A DNA stretch of 63,345 bases, counting the filler, from Welwitschia mirabilis (lineage: Eukaryota), in the NCBI GenBank assembly GCA_051453625.1. It is 4 parts of one record of this genome, joined end to end, with 100 filler letters (N's around TTAATTAATTAA, not from the genome) between each part and the next. Parts side by side here need not be neighbours in the genome. Positions count along the whole stretch, not along the records: positions 8,933 to 25,306 come from JBOZIK010000001.1; 3 more parts are not named here. The stretch is one strand, 5' to 3'. The translations under genes were made by a program, and so were the position numbers. Shown here in pieces: positions 12,428-24,786 of this stretch. The notes under the pieces are model-generated. The model ran no database searches. It saw nothing but the letters and a program-made list of their open reading frames with translations, and was not told where the DNA came from. How positions within the stretch are numbered: the first letter of the stretch is position 1; the number at the start of each line of letters is the position of its first letter.

Positions 12428-14055
12428 GACTTACTAGGAGGCATTACACTATTGACTGGATAGCCTAGTTTTATTGTAGAGATAAACAAAGGACATCTAA
12501 GTAGTTTTTGAGGTAGAACATGGAATAAGAGAATGCCACACTACTGACTAGACAATCCAATTTCATTATAGAGCTAGTGGGAACCTAACAGTTCTTAGGA
12601 TAGAAAGAGAAATCACTCTTATTATAGAATGCTACACTATTGACTAGATAGCTCAATTTCATCATAAACTTATGAAGTGGTCATTTACATAGTTTTTAAG
12701 ATAGAAGGAAGAATTATTATTATAAAGGAGCATCAAACTATTAATTACACAACCCAATTTCATTATAGAGTTTCCAAGGTAGAAGGAAGAATTAGTCTTA
12801 TAAGGGGACATAACACTACTGATTAGATGCTTCCATTTCATTATAGAGTTAGGTAGTGTAAACCTAAGTAGTTTCCAACATAGAAGAAGTAACTAGACTT
12901 ACAAGGGGATACCACACTATTGATGTGGCAACTAGAAGATGATGTTATGCTAGCATCAGCAGTCCACAAGGCCGAATAGTAATTTACATTATAAGAGGGC
13001 ATCACACTAGTTATGTAATAGCTTAAATATGATTTCATACTAATATTAGTAGTCCACAAGGCCTAATAGTACTTCACATTCATAATGGAGGACTATACTA
13101 CTAATGTGGTAGTCCAAAGATGATGTCATACTAACATTGGTAGATCACAATGCCTAACAACACTTTACATTCATAAGAAAGCATCATGCTATTGACATGG
13201 TACCCTAGAGATGATTTCATGCTAATATCAGTAATTCATAAGGCCTAATAGTACTTCACATTCATAAGGGAGCCTCACACTACTGATACGGTAGCTTAAA
13301 AATTATGTCATGCTAACATTGACAATCATTGAGACCTAACAATGAACTATACTTACAAGGGAGTAATACACTATTCACTAGACACCCCAAACTCAATGAT
13401 AGTTTATCTACAATAGCCACGATAACATAACATTCTATCAGACTTATAAGAGGGTGTCACACTATTCACTATATATTTTAAACTTGACAACACTTCATCC
13501 ATAGTAGCTACAATTGCAAAATACTATACCATACTTATAATAGAGGTCATACTATTTACTAAACATCTTAAACTCAATGACAGTCCATTGACAGTAGCTA
13601 TGATAGCATAACACTCTATCAAACTAATAAGGAGGCATCAAACTATTTACCAAAACCTCAAACCTAAATAGCGTCCATTCATAGTAGTCATGATAGCATA
13701 ACACTCTATTAGACTTTAATAAAATGCCACACTATTCATTAGACACCTCAGCAATGGTTCATCCATAGTAGCCATAATAGCATAACACTATATCAAACTT
13801 ATAAGAAAGTGTCACATTATTTACTAGGTATTTCAAGCTCAATGATGTTTCATCTATAATAGTCATGATACCATAATACTCTATCAGACTTATAGGGGAG
13901 AGTTATACTATTCACCAGATATCTTAACTCAACAACAATTCATCCATAGAAACTATGATAGCGTAGCACTCTAACAGAATCATAAGGAGGCATCACACTA
14001 TTTATTATATGCTATAAATTCAATTAGAGATTATCCATAGCAATCATGAAAGTTC
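12428..14055 (+). repeat. Compound tandem array, 18 units of ~90 bp, shared core CTTATAAGGGGGCATCACACTA(C/T)T and three unit types
   Basis: The core recurs near 12430, 12528, 12620, 12720, 12798, 12898, 12989, 13079, 13170, 13261, 13351, 13442, 13533, 13623, 13713, 13797, 13888 and 13978. Confidence 0.9.
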
Positions 14056-15060
14056 AAAATTTATACCATAACATTTCTACATCCTCTTGTGGGATCCATC
14101 AATACTGAGCTTAAGACTAACATAAGTAGTTACAAATTTAATAATATTAATAAATTTTAATATATTAATGAAAATAATTGTCAAATTAAGCATGTGCTAA
14201 AAATGAAATGGTTAAGCAATTTTAACTTCTCATAAAGATGTTACAAGAACTATCTTTGTGATGAATTGTCCTACCTATAAGAGATAAAATACAAGTAACA
14301 ATGAGGTCCACATAGCCTATTAAGCATGCATACATTGACAAATAATGGAAGATGCATAAACAATCACATCAATGCTTTTCAACAATAAATTGATAAAGTA
14401 CATNNNNNNNNNNNNNNNNNNNNNNNNNNNNNNNNNNNNNNNNNNNNNNNNNNNNNNNNNNNNNNNNNNNNNNNNNNNNNNNNNNNNNNNNNNNNNNNNN
14501 NNNNNNNNNNNNNNNNNNNNNNNNNNNNNNNNNNNNNNNNNNNNNNNNNNNNNNNNNNNNNNNNNNNNNNNNNNNNNNNNNNNNNNNNNNNNNNNNNNNN
14601 NNNNNNNNNNNNNNNNNNNNNNNNNNNNNNNNNNNNNNNNNNNNNNNNNNNNNNNNNNNNNNNNNNNNNNNNNNNNNNNNNNNNNNNNNNNNNNNNNNNN
14701 NNNNNNNNNNNNNNNNNNNNNNNNNNNNNNNNNNNNNNNNNNNNNNNNNNNNNNNNNNNNNNNNNNNNNNNNNNNNNNNNNNNNNNNNNNNNNNNNNNNN
14801 NNNNNNNNNNNNNNNNNNNNNNNNNNNNNNNNNNNNNNNNNNNNNNNNNNNNNNNNNNNNNNNNNNNNNNNNNNNNNNNNNNNNNNNNNNNNNNNNNNNN
14901 NNNNNNNNNNNNNNNNNNNNNNNNNNNNNNNNNNNNNNNNNNNNNNNNNNNNNNNNNNNNNNNNNNNNNNNNNNNNNNNNNNNNNNNNNNNNNNNNNNNN
15001 NNNNNNNNNNNNNNNNNNNNNNNNNNNNNNNNNNNNNNNNNNNNNNNNNNNNNNNNNNNN

Positions 15061-17300
15061 AACAATCACAAACCAATTATGTGCATGTGGAGGTTTTACA
15101 AAAGATAGCTAATGACATGGAAATAGTCATTTAGAGAACTGTAATCTCAAGTACAACAATATTTCTAAGTATAAAATAAGAAGATTTAGTATTTGGAGAA
15201 TAACTCTTTCTTATCCACTAAACAATCAGGAGAAGAAGAAGTGCATAGATGAGTGCAACAATATCACATTCATAAACCACCTCCAAACAACATCACCAAA
15301 GATTAATAGGTGTAATAGTATCTAAAGAAAGTACAAAATCACCTATACATAGGTACCTCAAGATCATGTAAAGAAGTAATAGAATGATTACAATACATTA
15401 AGAACCATCTTAAATTGAAAAATGTAGACAATAACTCATGAAGTTAATATTCCACTATGTTCCTCATAGGAGGTGCTACAACTGAAAGAAGTCTAAGTGC
15501 AATAAGGAATGATTGGATTGATTGGACAAAATTTGATAACAAATTCAAAAAGTCTTTTATTCCTAATTACTTTATCAAAGATCAAAAAATGCAATTCATA
15601 TGTTTACAATTACATAGAAAGAGCCTTAATGAGCATTGGAAATAATTTTAGAAGTTAGCTAAGTTCCAAAATTAAAAAGACCCAAAGAACTTGTCAATGA
15701 CTTTATTAGCATTATACCATCTTTCTTAAGAAATTTAGCATGTTTCTTAGAATCTAAATCTCCATATGAATCACAGAGGGAGACCAAATATTACATGGAG
15801 CAGGAAGAAAAATTCTAACGATAACCCAAATGGTAATAGCTATCACTTCATAGTCAAGACATCTAAACTTTTCCTCCCAAGTAAAATGTTTTAATGAAAG
15901 TTGTGAGGCACTGATTTTTCACTACTATAAAAATAAGGATCACATAATCAAGAACTACTCTAAGAAAAAAGAAGACGCAAATTCCAATTAACTGACTATA
16001 GGACAAGGACAACCACAAGCATGAAAAAGGTTATTTTCCATAGTCCAATCAGGTTTTGTGCAAAACTATTTCTTTATAATTGAACTTAAGGTATTTTTAC
16101 ATAAACTAGTTATTATATTTCTCATTGATTATGGTGCTAGTAATAATTTTATTTCTCTAAGTGTTGCAAATTACNNNNNNNNNNNNNNNNNNNNNNNNNN
16201 NNNNNNNNNNNNNNNNNNNNNNNNNNNNNNNNNNNNNNNNNNNNNNNNNNNNNNNNNNNNNNNNNNNNNNNNNNTAATAATTTTATTTCTCTAAGTGTTG
16301 CAAATCACTTCCAAGATAACATTACTATGAAATCAACTTCTAGGATAGAAGTCACAAAAAGAAAAATAATAATTAAATCTGATCACTATCCATAGTTAGA
16401 TTTTATGATTAATGGTATGTTATTTACCAATACATTTTATGTCTTTAAAATTGGAAAATACAAAACAATTATAGGCATGTATTTTCTAGGAAAATATGAT
16501 GTCATAGTAACTTTTAAGAAAGGAATCATTCTTATTTCCACTTCCTCTAGAAGATGAATTCTAAAAGAAGAGGAGAGAAGAAAATGTGTATTATTCATGA
16601 AAAATAAAGAAATGAAGAAATCCATTAAGGTAATGAAGTTATTTTATGTCATAGTGACAATTGAAGTAGAAGTACCATAGCTTAGTGAATTATATAACTT
16701 TCGATAGAACTTATTTTCATAGTATCATGTGATAAATATGAATATCTTATTCCTTTTGGTAGAACTTATTTTCTTTTTATTTAATAAAGGTTATATTTCT
16801 TCTCCATGATTTTAATATGGTGAAATGATATTTGTAATTACTATTAAAAACCCCCTTTCTAAATAAAGAGGAATTAGCATCATCACAAGAATGATGTGGA
16901 GATTCCTTTTAACAGATAAAATGACATGTTAAAAAGACAACTTTTAAGCTTTATCTTTAAATCTCATAGCTTCCTATATGCTTCTCTATCCTCTTTGTAA
17001 GAGATGACTTGTATTACAAATACCTAAGAGACTTTAATCACATTTAATGTATTGTTTTAAATAAAATAATTAAGAATTCAAGCCTTACACATGTCTATAT
17101 AACAAATACTATAGGATTATATTAAGGCCAAATGTAGAATCATGATGATTTCAAGAATAGAAAATATTTAGAATGACCATAAGTGGTTACTAAATTCTTG
17201 ATTAAATGGTAATTCTTTAAAAAGGTTTATCAACAAACAACTTTTCATACATTCTTCATGATAATAATTAATAGAATTAATCATAGTATTAGAAGACTTT
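15061..17300 (+). mobile_element. Decayed Ty3/gypsy (chromovirus-like) gag-protease-start of RT
   Basis: Retrotrans_gag-like DWTKFDNKFKKSFIP...QFICLQ (15457-15660) and aspartic protease motif FLIDYGASNNFIS (~16118-16160; cf. LIDSGATHNFIS), followed by heavily decayed RT-start-like sequence. Confidence 0.75.
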
Positions 17301-17329
17301 TTTAAAGAATAGAATTCACAACCACAAAG

Positions 17330-19030
17330 ATATAATAGTACTACTATACTATTAAAATATCTCCTTTGGTAATAATCTTTGGGACTTAAACAATGGCTTC
17401 TCCTTTATAAGGACCTGTATATATCCAATCAACACAGCATAGTGGCCATCCTCATATAGTAATCTGACACAGCATGAAAGCGTTCAAAGTTTTACTTCAC
17501 TACCTTATTTGGTGATTTGTGAAGCCCACTGCCTCATTCAGTGATCTATGGGATTTTATTTATTCCCTCACTACCTCATTCGGCGATCTGTGGTTCAACA
17601 GACACTTTGAGGGCAATTATTCTTCAAATATAAGAAAAAGAATTCTTTATTTTATTCCTCCTTTAAACAATACAAAAGCCATTTATTTATAGGACATAAT
17701 TCCTTTCAACAGAAATCCCTAGACAATGTGGGACTAAAAGNNNNNNNNNNNNNNNNNNNNNNNNNNNNNNNNNNNNNNNNNNNNNNNNNNNNNNNNNNNN
17801 NNNNNNNNNNNNNNNNNNNNNNNNNNNNNNNNNNNNNNNNNNNNNNNNNNNNNNNNNNNNNNNNNNNNNNNNNNNNNNNNNNNNNNNNNNNNNNNNNNNN
17901 NNNNNNNNNNNNNNNNNNNNTAAGCAACATCAACTCTTGGCCTTCTACTATTTATCTAGTTCTGGTCCACATCGACACCGAGAGCATATAACCATTCTGC
18001 AATCTCATTAAACTTCTCCTTGAAGTGACAGAATCTGTAGTCAGTTTCTTAATTCAGGTGTCCCTATAAATGTTGCTTCAATTATTGCAAGACTTTGTCC
18101 CTAAGGATCAGGGCTTCAGCCTCTCAAGCATCGTCATGAAGACCACCACCATCACCACATATTGTCATTAGGCTTTGATACCACTTGACGTAGTGTAAAA
18201 GTGTTTAAAGTTTTACTTCATGCCTCATTCAATGATCTATGAAGCCCACTGCCTCATTCAGCGATCTGTGGGATTTTATCTATTTCCCCACTACCTCATT
18301 CGACAATCTATGTTTCAACAGATACTTTGAGGACAATTAGCCTTCAAATACAAGAAAATGAATTCTTTATTTTATTCCTCCTTTAAACGTACAAAATCCA
18401 TTTATTTATAGGACATAATTCCTTTCAACAGAAATCCTTAGACAACGTGGAGTAAAAGCAAGGAAATATAAGATATTGCAAAATATAGAAATAAAACTAT
18501 AAGGAGGTTTCATCGCTCCATGTCACAACCTTCACATGTTGCCTCCTAGTTAGTTGTTGTGAGCAGTTTCAGTGACTTATGCCCTCGGCCATTGATGGCC
18601 AACAAATTCCTAGTCAAAGCCTATCTAAGTAATTTTTTTGTAGTTACTTTCCTTGCCCTTTGTGACATTGCTCACAAAGTAATTTATGAGAAAATTTATT
18701 GTTAGAAGGCACCATACAGCATTAAGCAATGAACAACTTGAGTGTTGTGAGTTACAATCAATGGTAAAGCATCTTCATTCAGCATTGGTGTGGTTAATCA
18801 TCTTAATGAAATAGGGCATATGTGGGGACTAGGAAATGTATCCTGCACAAGGTGATGGATCAAAATGTCCATAAAGTCAGATGGGTAGGATATGCATAAA
18901 AATGATGGCGTGGCTGTACTTAAATGTTAGACATAGGAGATTTTGGACCACACAAAATTGAGTTATCATAGGGGTGAGGGATACTTTCTATGACCCAATG
19001 GAACTCCTCCTACTAGGGTCTATACAAAGT
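17330..19030 (-). mobile_element. Decayed gypsy RNase H-integrase region (Tat/Ogre-like), interrupted by the TRIM-like element
   Basis: The minus frame at 18530-18850 reads HMPYFIKMI...RCFTID...KLLCEQCHKG...RL*LGICWPSMAEG..NCSQ, resembling the integrase zinc-binding region (H...G.YWP.M...C..CQ). Boundaries are uncertain. Confidence 0.5.
17465..18525 (-). mobile_element. TRIM-sized non-autonomous LTR retrotransposon (LTRs ~340 bp: 17465-~17805 and 18186-18525)
   Basis: Two direct repeats start TGAC and the intact one ends TGTCA. PBS TGGTATCAAAGC (Met-i type) lies at 18172-18183 on the minus strand. Flanks TAATC / CAACC form a degenerate 5-bp TSD. The internal region is short but contains a 180-N gap. 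Confidence 0.8.
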
Positions 19031-19899
19031 TATAGGCTGTAGATTTATTTATAATATGGATGAAATAAAGCTAATGCAATGAAAATTATAGGCTGTAGAT
19101 TTGTTTATAATATGAATGAAATACTAAATTGAGGAAATGCAAATAAACTTTAAAAAATTTGGAGATAATAAAAAAACACCAAATTTGGAGAGTGCTTAGA
19201 CTTACAAGTTAGCAACAAATTCTCCAACAAATTATAAGGTAAATCCCTATACCTCTAAGATCTTTGTTTTGCAAAGAAGCAATCTAAATCCAAAACCCAT
19301 TGAATTTTCAAAGTACCAATAAACAATAATTACAGCATTTGCTCATCCAAATTTTGATGTCAGTGTTAATAATAGAGTATTGACAAATATGAGATTTTTG
19401 CACTACCTTAGAAGTTCTCCAAAAAGGCCCAAAAAATAAAATACATGTGCAGTAGATGGTTCTCTACACATAAGGATCGTAAATTAGTAAATAGGAATTT
19501 ACAGACAAAGTGGTTTTGATAGAGGCATAAATTTATGTGACAAAATTAATCATCCATAAAGAGAAAGACACAAGGGTGGATAGAATACATCGATAATTGA
19601 GCTACATCAAAGTGTAAAAAAGGGTAATATGGAACATATATCTGAACACTTATTTTCCAAATTGAGTGCACAGAATCTACCATCTTCAATTGACCAACCT
19701 TTATAATGTTGTTTTTACATTTACTATCAGAGGTATCTTGAAAGAAGGAATTTTTAGATGAGCAATCTAAACTAATGCTAAGAAGGAACTTAGAAGTCCT
19801 AAAGCTTTGGGAATCACAAGAGCCTTCTCAAGAAGAGAAGAGGCCTTTGACATAAGGAAGAGGGGATTCTTATAAAGGAATTTTGAAATTGTAATTTTT

Positions 19900-21140
19900 T
19901 ATTTTACTTACATATGGTTAATGTAATTCCTCTTATCTTAAGAAACTTTTACCCTAATAGTTATATATGCACATTACTTTGACCTTTTTGAAAGAAGAAA
20001 AAGATTATAATTGCTTTGAATGGGAACAAAAATGGCTAAAGTTGTGGTTTTCCTTGTTTGTTATTAACCCCAAAATGAGCTGACCAAATATATTATTTGG
20101 AATAGCAAAGAAAGATGTTGAAGTGATTAAAATTCAATGTAACTAGACAAAGTTTCAATTATGTTATAGAAAGTTAGCCAAATTAATAAAGGTTTAAAAC
20201 AATGTCTATGTCCATGTGTCCTCTTCAAAATGGGATGTGACAAATCCTCCAAGGGAACACAAATCTCATATTAAATACATTTTCAAAATAAATAAAATTC
20301 AGGTAAAATATATCATTTCAAAAGTAACATAAAATATTAATTTTCTATCTTAAATCAACTTTTAAGAAATTAAAAACGTCAATGGTGACAGATGTGAATG
20401 AAACTAGAGTCGACAAATGGTAGTATTAAAAAGTAACCCACAAACGATAATTAATTTTCTAAGAAAAAATCATATTTTAAGAAGATGAATGTAATTTTAT
20501 TACTAAATGATGGAGAATGACAAAATATCGGGAAAAAAATATGGAAGAAAGAACAAGACAGAAATAAAAATGTTTTTAAGTGATAAGGAAAGATCACAGA
20601 TCCATTTCCAAGACAGAAATTATGTGTGTTTTAAAAATTATTATTATGTAAGTTAAAGAAAAGAAACTCGCAGTTGGCAATAGCATTTATTAAAGCATGG
20701 AAATCCATTCCTAAAGATGGAAAAAGAGAATAAGGAATATAGTGAATTTTATAATGGAGGTGGAAATAAGAAGAAAATTGGGGAAGAAAATTTATTTTGT
20801 TATAGTTTCCCTTTCAAACATAGTTTTTTTTTTTTTTTTCATTTCCAGATGTGGAATGAAGTCATTTTACATCAAACAAGTGATTGCTAAAATGGATAGG
20901 AGAGTTTTATATCTTCTTCTTCTGCTGGAGGTACTTTCATCTAGGAAAATAATGATGGTGAATTCCTATTACCAAAATAATGGATTATTTCTAAAGATGT
21001 AAAAACAATGAAGTTTCTCATAGACTCATGAATTTACAGTAGGAGGACTAGCTTTTGGCTCAGTAAATTGACAATTTTTGATATAATGAAGGGCAATTTC
21101 ATTTGTGATTATTTTGTCAAACTAAACATATCCCCTTTCT
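19900..21140 (-). mobile_element. Probable LINE (L1-like) ORF2 remnant (end of endonuclease to start of RT)
   Basis: Minus-strand fragments in the expected order: DKIITNE (~21100; cf. RLDR..N), IWK...KGNYNKINF (~20790-20850; cf. W.QKSR..W...GD.NTKFF) and FLKVDLR (~20350; cf. KIDL.KA). Very decayed. Confidence 0.45.
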
Positions 21141-21936
21141 TTTTTCAATTTCTTTTATAGATGATCATGCAAATTAAACATGTTTTGTAAAAGAAAAGTA
21201 GGAGTAAAATCCATTCAAAATAAATATTACTTCATTATTAAGAAAAACTAATCATAAACGAAAATAACAAATGACAAAGAGTCAAATAATTATATACTAC
21301 AAAAAAGGTAAAATTTACTGATAATATGGTCCAAGGTAAAAAGAAATAGTCAATACTTTCTCTTCTACATCTTGTAGATTTTTAATTTACAAGTCCCTTT
21401 TTAAAGTTGTGTGATCATGAATAGGCCAAAATAGGTGAAGATTTGGAATTTTCCTTAGTTTAATTCATTTTAAAAACAATATTGTCAATGTTGTATTCTT
21501 AATATGTGTATTATATGCTTGGCTTACTTGTGTTTAGTAAATTTGATCCCTTATAAAGATTTTAATCTCTTTTCATTTAGATTTTCAAGTTGAGCAAATA
21601 GGCATCTTTCCCTTATTAATAATTTTAGAATATTTAATTAAAGTTTTAAATGTTGGAATTAAACCCGTGTTGGGCCGACCACCTCAGTTGCATATGTTTA
21701 TTAGAAAGGAAAGATACCTATAGTTGTTTTATGGGATGTTTGGGATGGCTCTGGATTCTTTTAAAGTGACTTTTTAGAAAATGATTTTATTTGTGGATTT
21801 TGCCTAATCCTTAGCCTATGGATAATGAGAGATGAAAAAGGAATTTTTTATATTGAATTCATTAGAAATGTTTTCTTAATTGATTTGAGTTATGATCATT
21901 GTCAATAACTAAAATATATAGTATGCCTAGAAATAG

Positions 21937-23480
21937 TGTTAGGATGTGATGTCAACATCCAAAATCGAGATCCCCTGATTTCCTCAACTTCCCTTAATTC
22001 TCTTAGGTATTTGCCTTAATTTTCTTTAATTCTCTCTTGATTTCCTCTATTTCTATTTTTGTCTTCTTAATTTGTATTTATTAAGGCTTGACCTTATCAT
22101 CTAATATAACATGTTCAGCTATTTATCCTAAATTTATGAGTTTATTATTTCTCTCATTTGGTATCAGAGCCTAGGTTATATCATTGAAGCTTAAATTATT
22201 AATATGGCAACTATCGGTAGTTCTAGTGCTTCCATCTCTTTAGCTACTCCTTTTTTAAAAGGAGAAAATCATGATTATTGGGTAATCAAAATGAAGACTT
22301 TCTTGAGAGTACAAAATCTTTGGAATTTAGTGACTACAATTCCTATAAGCATTCAAGATGTAACAACTCTTATAGCATTGCAAAGCAAAAATGCAAGAGC
22401 CTTATATATTCTTCAAACTAGCATTAGTGATACAATCTTTCCCAAGATTGCTAGTCACATTGATGTGAAAGAAGTTTGGGAATCTCTTAAAACTAAGTAC
22501 AAAGGATCGGATTGAGTAAAGAAGGTGAGGTTACATACCATTACCAATGAATATGAGACTCTGATTATGAAATAGTCTAAAATCGCTTGAGTACTACATC
22601 AACTGTCTTCAAGGTATTGTAAATGCATTGCGAGCTAGTGGATAAGATATCAAAGAATCAAAGATTATAAGTAAGATTCTTTGAATAGTTGCAAGAATAT
22701 ATGATACTACTATTTATGCAATAGAAGAAAGTAAAGTCATTAAAAAGATGACCATGGTCGAGCTCATTGGTAGCTTTAAAATATTTGAGTAAAAAAATTA
22801 GTTGCATGTAGAATTAATGACAAATGCTTTTTAGATTTAGAAGAGTACTTAGAGATCTTCACATTAACAATGGCATCATGAACAATTCCTTAATCAAGAA
22901 AGTGATCATAGAAATCATGGTCACAAAGGCTATAATTGTGCTGAACAAATCCATCATCAACAAAGACAAGATCAAGAAAATGATGAAGCTTGATCTAATA
23001 CAACTAGATCTAGAAGATGGTGTAATAACTGCAAGAAAAAAAAAATCATAATTAATATACTAGTTGGAAGAATAAAAAAACTTCAGAATAAAGAAGTAGT
23101 ACATTATATTGAAGAAGAAGCAGTAGCTTACGAAGAACTCTTTTTCATTGAAGAAAGTGAAGATCAAAGTTCTTTTTTAACAACTAATGATTAAAACTAT
23201 GTAAATTCTAGGACTGATTGATATGTAAATAATGGTTGTAGTCATAATATGACTAGAGATGAATCCTTACTTTCAGATCTTCGTAGACATGTTGCAAAAG
23301 TCACCTTTGGTACCAATGCAAATGTAACCATTACAGACATAGGTTCTATTAATTTTTCTACAAAACCAAGTAGTCCATTTTTAATCCCTAATATTTATCT
23401 TATTCCTAATCTAAAAAAGAATCTATTAAGTGTTGTTCATCGTTGTTCTAAAGGTTACATGATATAATTTGATAATTATT
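21937..23480 (+). mobile_element. Truncated Ty1/copia element (short 5' LTR ~21937-22156, PBS, gag, protease)
   Basis: A TGTTAG...CA LTR is followed by a perfect PBS TGGTATCAGAGC (22159-22170). Gag reads PFLKGENHDYWVIKMKTFL...LWNLV...ARALYILQ..ISDTIFPKI...KEVWESLK..YKG (22204-22515), and the protease reads YVNNGCSHNMTRD...LKKNLLSV (~23220-23440). Stops and frameshifts are present, and there is no INT or RT. Confidence 0.9.
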
Positions 23481-24786
23481 CTACATATGTAAAATGGTAT
23501 ATCTTTCTATACTTGTTTAATCATTTTTTAATTAACCAATATTGTGTTTATAGGGTGACAAATCTTAAAAAGGGAAATGCTTTTGGGAAATAATCCATCA
23601 GATCCAAAGTCTAAGAGGAATATTATCACTTCAAACAAGTTTGTAAATCAATTTTTCTCATATTATCTTAACATGGATGAATGTTACTTTCATTAATCCT
23701 AAGAACATTTTCTCGTAATGTCAAACTTGCATAGAAGTAAAGTAACAAAGCCTTAAATAGTACTAAATAGTAAACTTCTACCCAATTATAACCATGACAT
23801 GTATATCATGAATCAAAAAATCAATGAGGCTTACTAATCATCAAATACCTGGTATAGTTGAATAGGAAATGATGAAAATAATTCATTCCACATGCAATTT
23901 TTATTACAATAAGAATAATTGGAAATAGCAAGAAAAGAATAGTGGTTCTATCCTGGAAACATGGAGAAATAGTTTAATAAATTGAAAATGTGAATAGTAC
24001 AATAAAGGGCTCAAATGATAGTTATTCATCCAAAATGCATATCTCAATAGTTAATAATTTTCATAATACCATCTATCATCTTCTTCTGTTAACCACAGGA
24101 ACTTCAAGGATGCAAAATAGTATTATAATTAAAAATCACAAAATAAGTAACATAAATAATGAAACATGTTTATTTTAATTTAAAATATATGAGAAAGTTA
24201 AACAATTGACATAACAAAAAATCTTGATAAATTAAACAGCAAAAATGTACAATCTAATCCTAAGAATAAGAAAATCTTAATTGCAAAGTGAATTTGAAAG
24301 TAATGGGTTATATATCACTTTGGCACTCAAAATAAGTATCTCAATGCTTAGTAATTTTTGAGAGAAGTTCTTAAAATTACAAAATGTATCTTAAATAGAG
24401 AAAACAACTGAGGGAAGCAGGTAAATCAAGTACATTTGATTTTATGTTCTGATATATTAAAATGCTAACAATAACATAGTCAAATAAAAAACATGCATAA
24501 AGTAACAAAACAAATTTAGAAAATTTAGGATATTTCTACAATCACAGTGAAGATTTTATTGTGAAAAAGCCTAGCTTTTCATCTTAGATGTGATCACATT
24601 ATTCTAAATGAAGTTTTTACATGTCAGATTGTAGTTAAGACCAAAAACATTGGCCGACATTTTCTTTCATGTTTGCTATGACAAGACATATCAATATTTC
24701 TATAATAAAAGAGAATTTTATAATTTCTCTAATAAGGAGTAAATGAGTTAGTACACAAAGGTCAAAACTGTTATGTAGTTGCTTGC

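Noticed and set aside
12428..14055. CRISPR array call for the core-plus-spacer repeat
   Set aside because: The context is plant TE DNA with no cas genes, the cores are degenerate, and the spacers are homologous within blocks rather than unique. Unit lengths are also not consistently multiples of 3, so a coding repeat is unlikely.
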